40,531 bases of DNA from NCBI GenBank assembly GCA_030622435.1, contig JAUXGE010000002.1, positions 1 through 40,531 of the forward strand, given 5' to 3'. Numbering within the stretch: position 1 is the first letter of the stretch; every line of letters begins with the position of its first letter. Positions 39,226-40,531 of this stretch are shown piece after piece. Made by a program: the position numbers and the translations under genes. Below the pieces are notes generated by a model. It saw nothing but the letters and a program-made list of their open reading frames with translations, was not told where the DNA came from and searched no databases. Source of the DNA: Planctomycetota bacterium (GTDB lineage: Bacteria; Planctomycetota; Phycisphaerae; UBA1845).

Positions 39226-39963
39226 ATGAGACACCGCATTCATCAACGAAAACTCAACCGGACGACCGAACATCGCAAGGCGCTGCTGAGGAATATGGCG
39301 CTGAACCTGGTCGAGCACGGACGCATCACGACGACATTGCCCAAAGCGAAGACACTTCGCCCGTTCTTCGAGAAGCTCGTGACTCTTGCAGTCAAGACGA
39401 GGAAGCTGGCGGACGCGGATGACAAGGCCGGTTCCCTGCGAGCACGCCGACGCATTCATCACTTGCTCGGCGATCGCGGGATGATCCCCACGGAGCATCG
39501 CGGTGACTACGAGGGCATGTCCGATGCGCGGCGTGCCAAGACGATGCGGATGTCCAGCGGTCGGCGCCATCGCGCCGGTGGTCCGAAGGGGCGTCTGGCG
39601 TTCACGGCCGAATCCGTCATGCACCGGTTGATAGAGACCGTCGCACCGCGGTTTGAGGATCGCCCCGGTGGCTATACGCGGCTGGTGCGACTTGCTACCC
39701 GTCGGCTCGGAGACGCGGCCCCGCTCGCTATGCTGCAGTTGGTCGGCGATGAGGAAGCGCCACTTTCCGTGACCAAGCCCGGGAAGACGGCTCGGCGCCG
39801 ACGTGCGGACGCTCGATACTCCATGGCCATCAAGGCCGCCAAGAGTTGGAGGGAGAAAGAGCGGGCCGGACGCGGAGTTGCGGCAGAGGACGAGAGCGGG
39901 GACGATGCGCCGGGTGAGCCGCAGGACAATGAGCAAGTCGAGAAGGACTCCGACGAGTCCTGA
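39226..39963 (+). CDS. rplQ: 50S ribosomal protein L17 (expanded form, 245 aa)
   Basis: MRHRIHQRKLNRTTEHRKALLRNMALNLVEHGRITTTLPKAKTLRP and RPGGYTRLVRL...APLAMLQLV are canonical L17. In addition there is an internal insertion of about 45 aa and a charged C-terminal tail of about 75 aa. Confidence 0.96.
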   Translation: MRHRIHQRKLNRTTEHRKALLRNMALNLVEHGRITTTLPKAKTLRPFFEKLVTLAVKTRKLADADDKAGSLRARRRIHHLLGDRGMIPTEHRGDYEGMSDARRAKTMRMSSGRRHRAGGPKGRLAFTAESVMHRLIETVAPRFEDRPGGYTRLVRLATRRLGDAAPLAMLQLVGDEEAPLSVTKPGKTARRRRADARYSMAIKAAKSWREKERAGRGVAAEDESGDDAPGEPQDNEQVEKDSDES

Positions 39964-40124
39964 TCCGATTTCGACGACGCCGGCGGTGACCGATGGCTGC
40001 CTTCCCGGCAAGCGGATCATCTGTTGAACTGAGCCGCCATTATCGGCCTAAGCCTTTCGGGCTCCAGCAAGTCTACCGTTACGCCCTTTTCCGGTTTGTG
40101 CCTTGTTTTGCATGGGAGAATGTC

Positions 40125-40531
40125 ATGCCACGTGACCCAGACTGCATCTTCTGCAAGATCGCAGCGAAAGAGATTCCCGCCGGCATCATTCACGAGGACG
40201 AATCCTGCGTCGCCTTTCTGGATGTCAATCCTCTGGCCGAGGGACATATCCTTGTCATTCCGCGGGAGCACCGCGTGAGTCCGGTTGACATGTCGCCGGC
40301 TGAGTGTGGAGCGCTGTTCTCAGCCGTGCCAAAGCTCGGCCGTGCGCTGATCGAAGTAACCGGCGCGGAGGGATTCAACGTACTGCTCAACAGCGGTCGC
40401 GTCTCGGGCCAGGTGGTCATGCACGCGCACGTTCATCTGATACCGCGAAGGTCCGACGACGGGCTTGGCTATCGATGGAACGCGGGAGAGTATCCAGCCG
40501 GTCGGGATGCGGAAGTCCTCGAAGCCTATCG
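40125..40531 (+). CDS. HIT-family (histidine triad) nucleotide hydrolase, 3' end outside window
   Basis: Not in the ORF track because there is no stop before the window end. Translation: MPRDPDCIFCKIAAKEIPAGIIHEDESCVAFLDVNPLAEGHILVIPREH...VVMHAHVHLIPRR. It contains the H-x-H-x-H-x-x triad motif. GGGAGA lies upstream of the ATG. Confidence 0.9.
   Translation, partial: MPRDPDCIFCKIAAKEIPAGIIHEDESCVAFLDVNPLAEGHILVIPREHRVSPVDMSPAECGALFSAVPKLGRALIEVTGAEGFNVLLNSGRVSGQVVMHAHVHLIPRRSDDGLGYRWNAGEYPAGRDAEVLEAY

Overview
GC-rich bacterial chromosome segment. It is almost entirely the core transcription/translation supercluster, on the + strand. Gene order: tRNA-Thr(GGU), tuf, rpmG, tRNA-Trp(CCA), secE, nusG, rplK, rplA, rplJ, rplL, rpoB, [extra ORF], rpoC, rpsL, [bioY], rpsG, fusA. 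This continues with rpsJ, rplC, rplD, rplW, rplB, rpsS, rplV, rpsC, rplP, rpmC, rpsQ, rplN, rplX, rplE, rpsN(Z), rpsH, rplF, rplR, rpsE, rplO, secY, map, rpmJ, rpsM, rpsK, rpsD, rpoA, rplQ. The left flank (1-4520) has three envelope/unknown genes: a partial WecA/MraY-like GT4 transferase, a membrane-anchored MutS-domain-V paralogue and a GT39/ArnT-like glycosyltransferase on the minus strand. The right edge has a partial HIT-family hydrolase. I found no CRISPR array, IS/transposase, integrase, rRNA or recognisable defence system, so this is a housekeeping region and not an accessory island. The unusual points are interruptions and embellishments of normally invariant operons: (1) a 176-codon GNAT-like ORF sits between rpoB and rpoC; (2) a BioY-type biotin transporter gene sits between rpsL and rpsG; (3) a 355-nt lower-GC spacer lies between rplJ and rplL, with a near-consensus promoter and a foldable leader, and it shares two ordered motifs with the rplL-rpoB spacer; (4) a 71-codon minus-strand ORF with gene-like codon-position GC bias overlaps a strong + strand promoter-like element upstream of tRNA-Thr/tuf; (5) RpoA, RpoC and L17 carry long acidic or low-complexity extensions, and the RpoA tail contains a 63-bp tandem repeat; (6) rpmD, adk and infA are absent from their usual positions, and tuf is not downstream of fusA. 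The many long antisense ORFs in the supplied track are treated as high-GC artefacts. A Planctomycetota-like lineage is only a weak guess. It rests on gene order and r-protein extensions.
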